DNA of 64,000 bases from an uncultured Pseudomonadota bacterium (GCA_964651435.1 CAZYVU010000001.1:54440-118439); one strand, 5' to 3'. Positions 10,133 through 19,508 are shown, counted from the stretch's first letter. Translations and numbers: made by a program. Notes: generated from the letters alone by a model not told the origin.

Positions 10133-10944
10133 GTGGCGTAACTGTGGAGCCCGGAAAGAATAAAATTTACCCCGAAATAGGTAAAGAGGACGCTCACGAA
10201 GCCGACAATGGAAAGAAGCGCCATCCGCTTTCCCTGCCATCCCCTCACGAACCGGGCATGAAGAACAATAGCATATATAATCCAGGTTATCAACGACCAC
10301 GTCTCTTTCGGGTCCCAGCTCCAGTAAGCCCCCCAGGCATAGTGGGCCCAGACGGCACCGGTCAGTATGCCTGCGCTGAGCAAGGGAAAGCCCACCACGA
10401 TGCTGCGATAGTTTATCTCTTCAAGGGTCTCCTGTGAGGGGCCCATGCCCTTGGCATGGAAAAGAGACAGGGCACCGCTGATGAAAGAGACGGCAAAGGC
10501 GGCGTAGGAGAGAAAGCAGGTCAGGACGTGGATGTGGAGCCAGTTGCTCTGGAGGGCCGGCACAAGGGGCTGGATCTGCCGCGCCACGGATGGAGAAAGG
10601 GACGCATAGGCCAGCAGGAAAAGGGGCACAAGCATGGTGAGCGCCGTGATGATGGGATAGGAAAGCCTCTTTTTCAGCAGGATCACCATGAGCGTCACAC
10701 ACCAACCGTAAAAGATAAGGGACTCATAGAAGTTTGCGAGAGGGGCATGACCGATGTTGAGCCGGTAAGACTCCACCCAGCGGGTAACAATTCCGGCTGT
10801 GTGAAGGCCGAAGGTCACGTAAAGGACAAGCCACATGGCCGACATGATCCTCGTCTTTCTTGCAGCAAGATAAAGCACGTGAATGACAAAAATAAGCAGA
10901 TAGAGCAGGGTGACGACACCGAGAATCGTGTGGTTAATCTCCAT
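10129..10944 (-). CDS. ccsA: Cytochrome c biogenesis protein CcsA (System II heme handling)
   Basis: Polytopic membrane protein with the Trp-rich WWD-type motif WGAYWSWDPKETWSLITW and conserved His residues. Confidence 0.9.
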   Translation of the reverse strand: MEINHTILGVVTLLYLLIFVIHVLYLAARKTRIMSAMWLVLYVTFGLHTAGIVTRWVESYRLNIGHAPLANFYESLIFYGWCVTLMVILLKKRLSYPIITALTMLVPLFLLAYASLSPSVARQIQPLVPALQSNWLHIHVLTCFLSYAAFAVSFISGALSLFHAKGMGPSQETLEEINYRSIVVGFPLLSAGILTGAVWAHYAWGAYWSWDPKETWSLITWIIYAIVLHARFVRGWQGKRMALLSIVGFVSVLFTYFGVNFILSGLHSYAT

Positions 10945-12208
10945 GCAACCTTCCCTTTAGTTTTTCCATCTCCTCGCGAAAACCCGGCCTGTTCTTGGGG
11001 GCAAGCCCTGCAACGATGACGCCGTCCCCTTTCGCACGCACGTAGACGCGTCGAAACTGAATAAAAAAGGTGGCGTAGAGCCCCAGGAGTATGAGCGCAA
11101 AACCTGTCCAGACGACCCACACGCCCGGGTCTCTGGCCACCTCAAGCCCCGTGTAGAAGTTAAGCTGGATGTCGTCGAGCCTTACGGCGGCCCCCCCTAT
11201 GCGGTTCTCCCTGAGTCGCTCTACGTTCTTGAGGAACCACTGTCCTTTAGGCTCTCCGTTCTCCACATAAGCGAGCAGCACGCCGGGGCCCAGCTCGTGA
11301 ATGTTCTCCCGATAGCGCACAGGCATGAGGGAAAGCTCTCCCTTCTGGTACAGCTCATTTTCCTTGAGGGCAACTTTCTCGCCTCCAACAGAGAACCGAA
11401 AGGTCGGGGCGCTCCCGTAGGTTGCTTGATAAATGCTGAAGCCACGGTACTGGAGCGGCCTGTTCACCCTCACCTCCTGCTCCGTCACAACGCGCCCGCC
11501 ATCGAGAACAGCTATCTTGCTCATGAAGTCCTGAGGCTCGCCGCTGGGATAAAATGCGATCTTGAAGGCGTCACACCTCAGGGCAAACCCTAAAGGGATC
11601 TGTTTTTGCTCCCGCCCCCTGACGGTAATCTCGTCTTTTGCCTCGCCCTCCCAGAGGGTCATGGAGCCCCTGTATCCTGTCAGAAGGCCTATGAGGCTGC
11701 CAAGAAGAATGAGGATGATGCTTCCGTGAATGATATAGACCCCATAGCGGGACAACGCCCCTCTTTCAAGCAAAGCACCGGCGTCGTTTTCCAGTTTCAC
11801 CCTGTAGCGGGATCCCAGGGCTGTCCTGACGTCGGAAAGGCTTTTTCCGGGGGCAACGAAAGAAGCCTCCATGGAGGCCAGCGCTTCCTCGTTGGGCAGC
11901 GACGGGTTCCGGTCGGCCTTTGCGAGCCTACGGAACCGATCGACGGTGCACAGCGTCAGGTTGATGCCGAAAAGAACAATGAGGGCGTAAAACCACGGTG
12001 CATGATAGACGTCGTCGAGGCCAAACGACGTAATGATGCCGGCAAGGAACCGGGGGTACCTCTCCAGATACTCGGCAGGGTCCGCCCCCTGCCTGATAAT
12101 GGTCCCCGTCAGCGAACCGACGGCGATGAGAGCAAGCAGAATGAGGGCGAACCGAACTGAGGCTACAAAACGGTAAAGGACTCCTGCCTTACTTCTTGTG
12201 ACACTCAT
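10934..12208 (-). CDS. ccsB: Cytochrome c biogenesis protein ResB/CcsB
   Basis: N-terminal TM pair, large soluble domain and C-terminal TM, typical of ResB. Overlaps ccsA by 11 nt. Confidence 0.85.
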   Translation of the reverse strand: MSVTRSKAGVLYRFVASVRFALILLALIAVGSLTGTIIRQGADPAEYLERYPRFLAGIITSFGLDDVYHAPWFYALIVLFGINLTLCTVDRFRRLAKADRNPSLPNEEALASMEASFVAPGKSLSDVRTALGSRYRVKLENDAGALLERGALSRYGVYIIHGSIILILLGSLIGLLTGYRGSMTLWEGEAKDEITVRGREQKQIPLGFALRCDAFKIAFYPSGEPQDFMSKIAVLDGGRVVTEQEVRVNRPLQYRGFSIYQATYGSAPTFRFSVGGEKVALKENELYQKGELSLMPVRYRENIHELGPGVLLAYVENGEPKGQWFLKNVERLRENRIGGAAVRLDDIQLNFYTGLEVARDPGVWVVWTGFALILLGLYATFFIQFRRVYVRAKGDGVIVAGLAPKNRPGFREEMEKLKGRLHGD

Positions 12209-12569
12209 TACACTTGGTCGGGGCCTTCTTTCCCTTTGCTGCCGCCTCCTTGTGGCAATCTATGCAGTTTTTGTGAAAGGCGTCTTTTGCCGGTGGGGCG
12301 TTATCTTTCACGTCTTTCGGCATATGGCAGGAGGAGCACTTATCGGGCTCCTTGGGGTTCTTGTCCTTGTGATGACACGTGGCGCAGTCGATCTTTTCCT
12401 TCTCCACATGTGCCTTGTGAGAAAAGGGCACGACCCCGAACTTGCCCCCTTCCATCTGGAGGGTAACCGTTTCCGGCGCCGTCTTGTCCGCCATGGCGTA
12501 GGTGGAGAAAACAACGAGGAGAATGGGCAACATGCAATAGAGGGCTTTGAGTGAGGACTTGGTGTTCAT
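12189..12569 (-). CDS. Tetraheme cytochrome c3 family protein
   Basis: Signal peptide plus four CxxCH motifs (CATCH, CSSCH, CIDCH, CNECH) in 126 aa. GGGAGG RBS. Confidence 0.9.
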   Translation of the reverse strand: MNTKSSLKALYCMLPILLVVFSTYAMADKTAPETVTLQMEGGKFGVVPFSHKAHVEKEKIDCATCHHKDKNPKEPDKCSSCHMPKDVKDNAPPAKDAFHKNCIDCHKEAAAKGKKAPTKCNECHKK

Positions 12570-12598
12570 GGCAACCTCCCGATGCTTTTTGTGCTCTT

Positions 12599-12627
12599 AA
12601 TCTAAACGAACGGGGCAGGTAAGTCAA
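12599..12627 (-). promoter_or_regulatory. Sigma70-type promoter for the cytochrome c3 gene
   Basis: Minus strand TTGACT (12627..12622), 17 nt, TAGATT (12604..12599), about 30 nt upstream of the c3 ATG. The -35 overlaps the stop of the upstream ABC ATPase gene. Confidence 0.6.
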
Positions 12628-13430
12628 GGAGATGAAAGGTTAAGGCATCTTTTCGAGACGGGCATTACGAAGGGCTTTCCGGAATAGGGGTTCCGCCGCA
12701 CCACCACCACCGTCTCGTAAACCGCTTCTATGTTTTCGTACGTCAAGGTCTCCTCCGGCGTTCCATCGGCAAAGACCCTCCCGTCGGCAAGGAGGATGAT
12801 GCGCGTACAGAACTCCGCGGCAAGATTCAGGTCGTGCAGCACCATGACAATGGAAAGCCCTTCGCCATGAAGCTCCTCGAGCCATTCCATGGTCCGGAGC
12901 TGGTGCCTGATGTCCAGATGGCTCACCGGCTCGTCAAGAAGAAGCACCGCCGGTTCCTGGGCTATGCATTGGGCAAGGTAGGCCTTTTGCCGTTCCCCCT
13001 CCGAGAGGGTACCCATCTCTCTTCCCCTGAGGTGGCTCAACCCAAGCATGTCCAGGGTCATCGAAACCGTCCTGTCGTCATCCTCTTCGTAGGAGAACCG
13101 CCTCCGGCTGAACGGGTGGCGTCCCATTGCCACAAACTCCTGCACCGTGTAGGGGAAGGGAACGTCCACATTCTGGGGCAACGTAGCGATGTGTCGCGAT
13201 AACGTCTTCGGTTCGTAGGTCTTGAGCTCTCTGTCATGAAACCGTATGGTGCCGGCGGCAGGGGTGAGGTAGCCCGCCAACAACCGCACAAGGGTGCTCT
13301 TTCCTGCTCCGTTCGGACCGATGAGCCCCACCATCTCGCCGGCAAAGACGTCGAGGGCTACATCCTTTAGAACGGCCGTGGGGCCGTACAGGAAGGAGAC
13401 ATCTTTTACGGAAAAGAGCGGCACCCCCAC
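12624..13430 (-). CDS. ABC transporter ATP-binding protein (FepC/BtuD-type iron-complex or cobalamin import)
   Basis: In-frame part of ORF 12624..14072. Likely GTG start overlapping the permease stop. Walker A GPNGAGKST, signature LSEGERQKAYLA, Walker B LLLDEP. Confidence 0.88.
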   Translation of the reverse strand: MGVPLFSVKDVSFLYGPTAVLKDVALDVFAGEMVGLIGPNGAGKSTLVRLLAGYLTPAAGTIRFHDRELKTYEPKTLSRHIATLPQNVDVPFPYTVQEFVAMGRHPFSRRRFSYEEDDDRTVSMTLDMLGLSHLRGREMGTLSEGERQKAYLAQCIAQEPAVLLLDEPVSHLDIRHQLRTMEWLEELHGEGLSIVMVLHDLNLAAEFCTRIILLADGRVFADGTPEETLTYENIEAVYETVVVVRRNPYSGKPFVMPVSKRCLNLSSP

Positions 13431-14437
13431 TAAGACCTCCTGATCACCATGATAAGAAGAAGAAAGCCCCCCAGAATCCCCGTCACAACCCCCACGGGCA
13501 GCTCGATGGGATAGAGGAGATAGCGGGATATGATGTCGGAGCTGACAAGAAAAAAGGCACCACCAATAAACGACGTGATCAGAAGAAAGGAGTGGCGGGG
13601 CCCGCAGGCCTCCCGGAGCACATGGGGGACGATGAGGCCGACAAAGCCGACGATGCCGGCGGCGGAAACGGAAAGACCCGTGAGAATCGATGTAAGGACG
13701 AAGAGTATGCGGTACATGCGGCCGGGGTCTACGCCGAGATAGCGGGCCTTCTCCGGCCCCAAAGACAGGATGTCGATCTCCTTTCCATACAGGAGGAGAA
13801 TGGCCAAGGGAACGGTAAACAAGCCCACATAGAGGGGAACGAGCGATATGTCCAGGGCTGAGAGGTCGCCCATGAGCCACATCAGGGCGATCTGCATTCG
13901 GTCCGGATCCATGAGGGAAAAAAGAAAGAAAACAAAGGATGAAAAGACGAGGCTCGCCACGATGCCGAAGAGGATCATGCTCGTCGGCTGAAAAAGACGC
14001 CTTCTCGACAGGATATAGACAAGGGCCGCCGAAAGCGCGCCACCCAGAAAACCGAAGAGCGGGTTTACCCAAGGGCCGATGAGCCGCTGCAGGCCCAGGA
14101 TGCTTGCGACGGCTACCCCCAGAGAGGCACCGCCGGACAAACCGAGCGTGTAAGGTTCGGCGAGCGGGTTTCTAAGAATTGACTGAAGCGTTGCGCCCGA
14201 CACGGCAAGGGCGCCGCCAACGGCAAGGGCAATGAGGGTTCTCGGCATACGCAGCCTCTTGAGCACATACCCGAAGCCATCGTCGGACCCGAACCCTTCG
14301 ACAACGGCCCTCAGGCCGTGGCCGTAGCTCAGGGACATGGTTACGGCCAGCCCGAGCAGAACGAGAAGAAAGGCCACAACGGCCCAGGGGTGCTCCCGGA
14401 GGATGGTGCTGCGGCTTCCTTGCGTCCCCTCAACCAT
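13430..14437 (-). CDS. FecCD/BtuC family ABC transporter permease
   Basis: 335 aa polytopic protein with FecCD-family features (RNPLAEPYTLGLSGGA, GxVGFVGLIVPH). Confidence 0.9.
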   Translation of the reverse strand: MVEGTQGSRSTILREHPWAVVAFLLVLLGLAVTMSLSYGHGLRAVVEGFGSDDGFGYVLKRLRMPRTLIALAVGGALAVSGATLQSILRNPLAEPYTLGLSGGASLGVAVASILGLQRLIGPWVNPLFGFLGGALSAALVYILSRRRLFQPTSMILFGIVASLVFSSFVFFLFSLMDPDRMQIALMWLMGDLSALDISLVPLYVGLFTVPLAILLLYGKEIDILSLGPEKARYLGVDPGRMYRILFVLTSILTGLSVSAAGIVGFVGLIVPHVLREACGPRHSFLLITSFIGGAFFLVSSDIISRYLLYPIELPVGVVTGILGGFLLLIMVIRRS

Positions 14438-14444
14438 GGCCCCT

Positions 14445-15368
14445 TCAGCCTCCCTGCCCGATAACGGCCGAAAGGTCCCTCACCGTCTGGAGAACGCTGA
14501 GCGGTGTCGGACTTCCGACGGCGTAGGCATCAAGCACTGCAAACCGGGAACTGCCGAGGGACTCCCTCCATCCCCCCATAACCGCCCCAACGTTGTAGCC
14601 CATATCGGTGAGCACAATAACCTGGGGGCGCAGAAGAATGATCTCCTCCCGGTTGATTCTCGGATAGGGCACCGGGGCCCTGATGACGTTTATCCCTCCC
14701 GCCGCACGAATGAGGTCATCGGCAAAAGTGGACGCGGAGGCCGCTATCAGCGGATCGGCCCCCACCTGCCAGAATACGGTCGCCGAGCCTTCCCTCCTCT
14801 CCTCGGCCAAGCGGCCCGCGACGCCGCGGACGATTCTTTCGCCCTCTTCCTCCCTGCCCACGAGCCGAGCGAGAAGAAGAAAATTGTCAAAAAGCGTTTG
14901 GAGGTTCTTGGGCCTCTCAAAGTAGTATGTGGGTATGCCAAGCTTGTGCAGCCTTTCAACGGCCCAGGGGGGGTTCCCTTCGCGGGAGGCGAGCAGCAGG
15001 TCCGGTTTCAGCATGAGGATCTTCTCTATGTCCGGCCGCAAGGGGGTCCCCACGCGCTCAACGGGCCCTTCCTCTGCAGGGGAGAGGCGGCAGAGGCTCG
15101 TTGTTCCTACCAGGAAGGCCTCCGCCGACAAGACCCGCAGGGACTCGGTGATCTGTGGCGACAGGGATACGATTCTTTGCGGAGGCTCATCGGTCGACAT
15201 TCCGCGCCCTCCACCCCCCCCTTTGCCGGCTGGAGCCCCGCACCCGTGCAGCAACGCGAAAACCATCAATGAAAGGATTGCGCGCCTCGCCAGGCACAGG
15301 AACAGGCAAGGCCGGTGGTATTTGCCGTGCCGCCGCAAAAGCCCTTCCGCGGCCGCACGGGGGCTCAT
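14445..15368 (-). CDS. ABC transporter periplasmic binding protein (BtuF/FhuD-like, class III), lipoprotein
   Basis: In-frame part of ORF 14445..15416. Lipobox LLHGC; RIVSLSP..TE and the PDL.. motif of the cobalamin/siderophore-binding fold. The start is uncertain; the 15416 start would abut the tRNA-Gly promoter. Confidence 0.8.
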   Translation of the reverse strand: MSPRAAAEGLLRRHGKYHRPCLFLCLARRAILSLMVFALLHGCGAPAGKGGGGGRGMSTDEPPQRIVSLSPQITESLRVLSAEAFLVGTTSLCRLSPAEEGPVERVGTPLRPDIEKILMLKPDLLLASREGNPPWAVERLHKLGIPTYYFERPKNLQTLFDNFLLLARLVGREEEGERIVRGVAGRLAEERREGSATVFWQVGADPLIAASASTFADDLIRAAGGINVIRAPVPYPRINREEIILLRPQVIVLTDMGYNVGAVMGGWRESLGSSRFAVLDAYAVGSPTPLSVLQTVRDLSAVIGQGG

Positions 15369-15383
15369 ATGACGATGAAACCG

Positions 15384-15412
15384 TTGACTTATCAAACGCT
15401 TTATATTATAAA
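15384..15412 (+). promoter_or_regulatory. Sigma70-type promoter for tRNA-Gly (and probably tRNA-Cys)
   Basis: TTGACT (15384..15389), 17 nt, TATAAA (15407..15412), 11 nt before the tRNA 5' end. Confidence 0.7.
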
Positions 15413-15423
15413 ACATACCACGG

Positions 15424-15498
<75 letters not shown>

Positions 15499-15614
15499 TG
15501 AAGAAACAGTAATCAGTAAATGGTATATGGTATATGGCGACAGGCAACAAAAGCGATCAGGCCGCAAGGTCTTTAACCATTCACCATTCACGGATTACCT
15601 ATCACTGGTTTCTC

Positions 15615-15689
15615 GGCGGCATAGCCAAGTGGTAAGGCAGCGGTCTGCAAAACCGTTATTCTCCGGTTCAAATCCGGATGCCGCCTCCA
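15615..15689 (+). tRNA. tRNA-Cys (anticodon GCA)
   Basis: Acceptor GGCGGCA/TGCCGCC, anticodon loop CTGCAAA, T-arm CCGGTTCAAATCCGG, encoded CCA. Confidence 0.93.
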
Positions 15690-15692
15690 TCC

Positions 15693-16205
15693 CTACTCGA
15701 TAACAAAATCCCAGGTTGTATCGTTAATCCAGAGACAGAAGTAACCCCTTCCCAGGAGGTCTTTGGGCTTCACCATATAGAGGTCTTTGCCCGCCTTCTT
15801 CACATCGACCGGCAGGTCTTTGCCGAATATGTAGCGGGTCTTCCCCACGGGCGACTGCTGGAAGAAAAGTAGTGGGTTCATGGTCAGGTAGTCCATTTCG
15901 TAGGTTCCGTACATAACGAAGTATTGCACGTCTTTAAGGAGGAACCGCTGGGGATTGTTCGACTCCAGAAAGATAACCCCCTTCTCGTCGAAGACAATGT
16001 TGGGCAGCAGTCTTTTCAGGCCCTGCGCCGTCTTGACGTAGACGCCCGATTCCTTGGGTTGGATCCTATCGTCCTTGGCAAGGGCGGGCGGCACGGCCAC
16101 AGCCGTTAGAAAAACGGCAAGGAGGATGCCTCCGAAAAAAGCCCTTGCAGCACCCTTCAAACTTCCCCTGATGTACGTGCCCCTTGCTCCAATAATTCTT
16201 TTCAT
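15693..16205 (-). CDS. Hypothetical exported protein
   Basis: 170 aa with N-terminal signal/TM (FFGGILLAVFLTAVAVPPALA). No recognised domain. Confidence 0.6.
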   Translation of the reverse strand: MKRIIGARGTYIRGSLKGAARAFFGGILLAVFLTAVAVPPALAKDDRIQPKESGVYVKTAQGLKRLLPNIVFDEKGVIFLESNNPQRFLLKDVQYFVMYGTYEMDYLTMNPLLFFQQSPVGKTRYIFGKDLPVDVKKAGKDLYMVKPKDLLGRGYFCLWINDTTWDFVIE

Positions 16206-16237
16206 CTCGTCCCGCCTTTCTTCTCTTTCCGATTCCT

Positions 16238-16627
16238 CTATACCAAGGTCACAAGCACCTTTCGCTGGCGCGGCCCGTCAAACTCCATGAGGAAAATACC
16301 CTGCCAGATGCCGAGCCTCAGATTCCCGCGCTCGATGGGCACAGTCACAGAAGAGCCCGTTAGAAGGGCTTTTATGTGGGAATCAGCGTTTCCTTCGGCG
16401 TGCCTGTAAGGGTAGTCCTGAGGGACCATCCTGCTCAAGGCGTCAAGGATATCCTTCATTACGCTGGGATCGGCGTTTTCGTTAATGGTGACCCCGCAGG
16501 TCGTGTGGGGCGTGTAAATGTGGGCAAGCCCGCCTTCGTTGCCCCCGACCAGCCGCTCTATTTCACCCGTGATCTCCCGCGCCTCTATACGCGCCGAGGT
16601 TCTTACGGTGATCTCGAAAGGGATCAT
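16238..16627 (-). CDS. yjbQ: YjbQ family protein (UPF0047, secondary thiamine-phosphate synthase-like)
   Basis: 129 aa with the family motifs HTT.G.TINEN.DP....D and H......GNA.SH.K. ATGA-type overlap with iscU. Confidence 0.85.
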   Translation of the reverse strand: MIPFEITVRTSARIEAREITGEIERLVGGNEGGLAHIYTPHTTCGVTINENADPSVMKDILDALSRMVPQDYPYRHAEGNADSHIKALLTGSSVTVPIERGNLRLGIWQGIFLMEFDGPRQRKVLVTLV

Positions 16628-17007
16628 CCCTTTTTCTTCTTGTAGTAGTCCTCAAGGGCCGCTTTGAGCGCATCTTCGGCCAGAACGGAGCAGTGCTCTT
16701 TGGCCGGCGGCAGCCCACCCAGGGCCTCAGAGACGGCCTGGTTCGACAGCTTGACAGCCTCCTCTATCGTCTTGCCCTTGATCAATTCCGTCGTCATGCT
16801 GCTCGAGGCGATGGCAGCTCCACAGCCAAAGGTCTTGAACTTGACGTCGACAATTTTGTCGTCCTCGATCTTGAGGTAGAGCTTCATCACGTCGCCGCAG
16901 GCAGGATTGCCGACTTCGCCCACACCGTCTGCGTCCTCGATCTCCCCCATGTTGCGGGGGTGCATAAAATGATCCATTACCGTCTCGCTATAAGGACCTT
17001 GTGGCAT
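16624..17007 (-). CDS. iscU: Fe-S cluster assembly scaffold IscU/NifU-like
   Basis: In-frame part of ORF 16624..17046; start MPQGPYSE at a TAATG overlap with nifS. Motifs NPACGD, FKTFGCGAAIASSS, HCS.LA. Confidence 0.92.
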   Translation of the reverse strand: MPQGPYSETVMDHFMHPRNMGEIEDADGVGEVGNPACGDVMKLYLKIEDDKIVDVKFKTFGCGAAIASSSMTTELIKGKTIEEAVKLSNQAVSEALGGLPPAKEHCSVLAEDALKAALEDYYKKKKG

Positions 17008-18218
17008 TACGTACCTCCTCGCTGACTCTTTTTGAACTCCTCCCAAAGCGGAGACATCTCTCTCAACCGATCCACGATCCCGGGCACAACGGAGAGGGCC
17101 TGCTCCACCTCCCCCATCGTATTATCTTTTCCCAGGCTGAAGGTGATCGACCCGTGACAAATATCCGGCGGGATGCCGATTGCCGTCAGAACGGGTGACG
17201 CCTTGAGGCCCGTCTCGTCGAGGGCAAGAATGTTGGACGAACAGGCGCTGCCGCTCGACGACGCCACGCCGTTGAGGCTCAGCCACAAAAGGAGCGACTC
17301 GCCCTCGACAAACTCGATCCAAAAGCTCACATGACCGGGGAGCCGGCTCGTGGGGTGTCCGGTGAAATGCATATGGCTGATGGTGGAGTCCAAGCCGTCC
17401 CAGAGCCGCCTGCCGAGGGCCTGCAAATGATCCGCTCTCTCGGCCATCTCGTTCGCGGCAAGCCGGGCCGCCTCGCCGAAGCCCACAATTGCCGGCACGT
17501 TCTCCGTACCGGCCCGGTATCCCCTTTCCTGAACACCACCCTGAAAAAGCGATGTCAACGAAGTCCCGGCCTTTACGTAGAGGGCGCCGACGCCTTTAGG
17601 GCCATAAAACAGATGGGGGGCGAAGGCCAGCGTGTCTACGCCCAACTCCGTAACGCTTACGGGTATTCTGCCGCAGCTCGCCGTACCGTCGGAATGGAGG
17701 ATTACTTGGCGCCGGCGGAGCAGGGCTGCAATTTCGGCTATGGGCTGAATCGTGCCGATTTCGAAGTTGGCATGCATGATGGACGCGATGATCGTGCCGG
17801 GCGTCGCCTTCCTCTCCAGATCCACAAGGTCCACAAGGCCCGTCTCGTCGACCCGCACATAGTCCACTTCAAAGCCGAGCCTGTTGAGAAAATCGGCCTG
17901 GTTGGTGATGGAGTAATGCTCCACGTCCGAGAAAAGGATCCGGTTCCCCCGGTGGCGATTGGCGAGGGCCAACCCTTTCAGGGCAAGATTGTTTGACTCC
18001 GTGGCCGAAGAGGTGAAAATGATCTCGTCACTGTTTGCGCCGACAAGGTCCGCCACAAGCTTCCGCGCCCCCTCTACGGCCTGATGGGCGGCCATTCCCT
18101 CTTCCAGAAGAAGCGATGAGGGGTTGCCGAACCGTTCCGTGAAGAAAGGCAGCATAGCGTCCAGCACCCTTCGGTCTACTGCTGTTGTGGAGGCATGATC
18201 GAAAAATACTCTTCCCAT
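17007..18218 (-). CDS. nifS: Cysteine desulfurase (NifS/IscS, class V aminotransferase fold)
   Basis: In-frame part of ORF 17007..18323; start MGRVFFDHASTT. Active-site SSGSACSS loop. The PLP-binding region is consistent with NifS. Confidence 0.9.
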   Translation of the reverse strand: MGRVFFDHASTTAVDRRVLDAMLPFFTERFGNPSSLLLEEGMAAHQAVEGARKLVADLVGANSDEIIFTSSATESNNLALKGLALANRHRGNRILFSDVEHYSITNQADFLNRLGFEVDYVRVDETGLVDLVDLERKATPGTIIASIMHANFEIGTIQPIAEIAALLRRRQVILHSDGTASCGRIPVSVTELGVDTLAFAPHLFYGPKGVGALYVKAGTSLTSLFQGGVQERGYRAGTENVPAIVGFGEAARLAANEMAERADHLQALGRRLWDGLDSTISHMHFTGHPTSRLPGHVSFWIEFVEGESLLLWLSLNGVASSSGSACSSNILALDETGLKASPVLTAIGIPPDICHGSITFSLGKDNTMGEVEQALSVVPGIVDRLREMSPLWEEFKKSQRGGT

Positions 18219-18352
18219 AAAACAAATATAACACAGGGGGCCGCCTTTTGCACCCCGAAATCTGTTCTTCCGGAGGATCACATTTTGCATTTTTCTTGTC
18301 TTTCTCGCGGCTTTTTGGTACAAAATAGCACTTTAATTTAAGGAGGTTATTA

Positions 18353-19492
18353 ATGCCAAAGAGATATTTGTTAGCACCCGGACCGACACAGATTCCCCCC
18401 GAAGTTCTTCTCAAGATGGCCGAGCCCATCATCCACCACAGGAACCCGCTCTTCGAGGCCGTCGTTGCTGAGGTCCGCGAGAACCTGAAGTACGTTTTCG
18501 GTACCAAGAACGAGGTGCTTGTCTTTGCATCGTCGGGTACAGGCGCTATGGAGGGCGCCATCACCAACATGCTCTCCCCCGGCGACAAGGCCATCGTGGT
18601 ACGCAGTGGTAAGTTCGGCGAGCGATGGGCCAACATCTGCAAGGCCTACGGCGTCCAGTCGGTGAACATCGATATTCCCTGGGGCGACAACCTTGACCCT
18701 GCCGATATTGAAAAGGCCTTAAAGGCAAACCCTGACGCAAAGGCCGTTTACACCCAGGCCACAGAGACATCTACGGGCGCAAAGTTCCCCACCAAGGAGA
18801 TAGCGGCCATTGTCAAGAACTATCCGGATACGCTCATGGTCGTCGACGGCATCACGGGTGTAGGCGTGTTTGAACTCCCCATGGACGAGTGGGGCATCGA
18901 TATTCTGGTGGGTGGCTCTCAAAAGGCCCTCATGCTTCCCCCCGGCCTGGCCTTTGCGGGCGTCAGCGACAAGGCCTGGGCCTTTAACAAGAACTCCAAG
19001 ATTCCCAAGTTTTATTTCAACTGGGCAAAGGAAGCCGACAAGCTGAAGGAAAACCAGACAAACTTCACCCCCGCCATTTCTCTGATCATCGGGCTTAGAG
19101 AAGCCTTAAGGATGATCAAGGAAGAAGGCCTGGAAAACATCTACCGCCGCATCGATATTCTGGCCCGTGCAACCCGCGCCGGCGCCGATGTCCTGGGTCT
19201 CAAAACCTTTGCCAAGACACCGAGCCCTGCTGTGACGGCCCTGTGCGCCCCCGAAGGGATCGACGGGCAGAAGATTTACAAGACCCTGTGGCAAAAATAC
19301 GGCGTCACCGGTGCAGGCGGCCAGGATCAGCTCAAGGGAAAGATCTTCAGGATCGCAACCCTGGGGTTTGCCGACAAGTATGACGTTATCACGGCCATAG
19401 CTGCCGTCGAGTTCGCGCTTCGCGACCTCGGTTACAACTTCCAGATGGGTGCCGGCGTTGCAAAGGCCACCGAGAGTCTGAAAGATCTTTAG
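18353..19492 (+). CDS. Class V aminotransferase (serine-glyoxylate/phosphoserine aminotransferase-like)
   Basis: N-terminus LLAPGPT.IP..VL and length typical of the AGXT/SPT family. AAGGAGG RBS. Immediately upstream of serA. Confidence 0.85.
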   Translation: MPKRYLLAPGPTQIPPEVLLKMAEPIIHHRNPLFEAVVAEVRENLKYVFGTKNEVLVFASSGTGAMEGAITNMLSPGDKAIVVRSGKFGERWANICKAYGVQSVNIDIPWGDNLDPADIEKALKANPDAKAVYTQATETSTGAKFPTKEIAAIVKNYPDTLMVVDGITGVGVFELPMDEWGIDILVGGSQKALMLPPGLAFAGVSDKAWAFNKNSKIPKFYFNWAKEADKLKENQTNFTPAISLIIGLREALRMIKEEGLENIYRRIDILARATRAGADVLGLKTFAKTPSPAVTALCAPEGIDGQKIYKTLWQKYGVTGAGGQDQLKGKIFRIATLGFADKYDVITAIAAVEFALRDLGYNFQMGAGVAKATESLKDL

Positions 19493-19508
19493 AATCCGCG
19501 GAGGTTTC

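Noticed and set aside
1107-14072. Long N-terminal extensions of several track ORFs (for example 1107, 3166, 9311..10300, 12624..14072, 17007..18323, 39660..40919, 40855..42261, 48250..48921)
   Set aside because: The extensions overlap the preceding gene and lack family similarity. Internal starts that abut or overlap the upstream stop and begin with the canonical family N-terminus were preferred.
15369-15423. Expected cobalamin riboswitch upstream of the BtuF/FecCD-type importer
   Set aside because: Only about 55 nt separate the likely start from the divergent tRNA-Gly gene, and no B12-box-like sequence is visible. Substrate specificity (cobalamin versus iron complex) therefore remains open.
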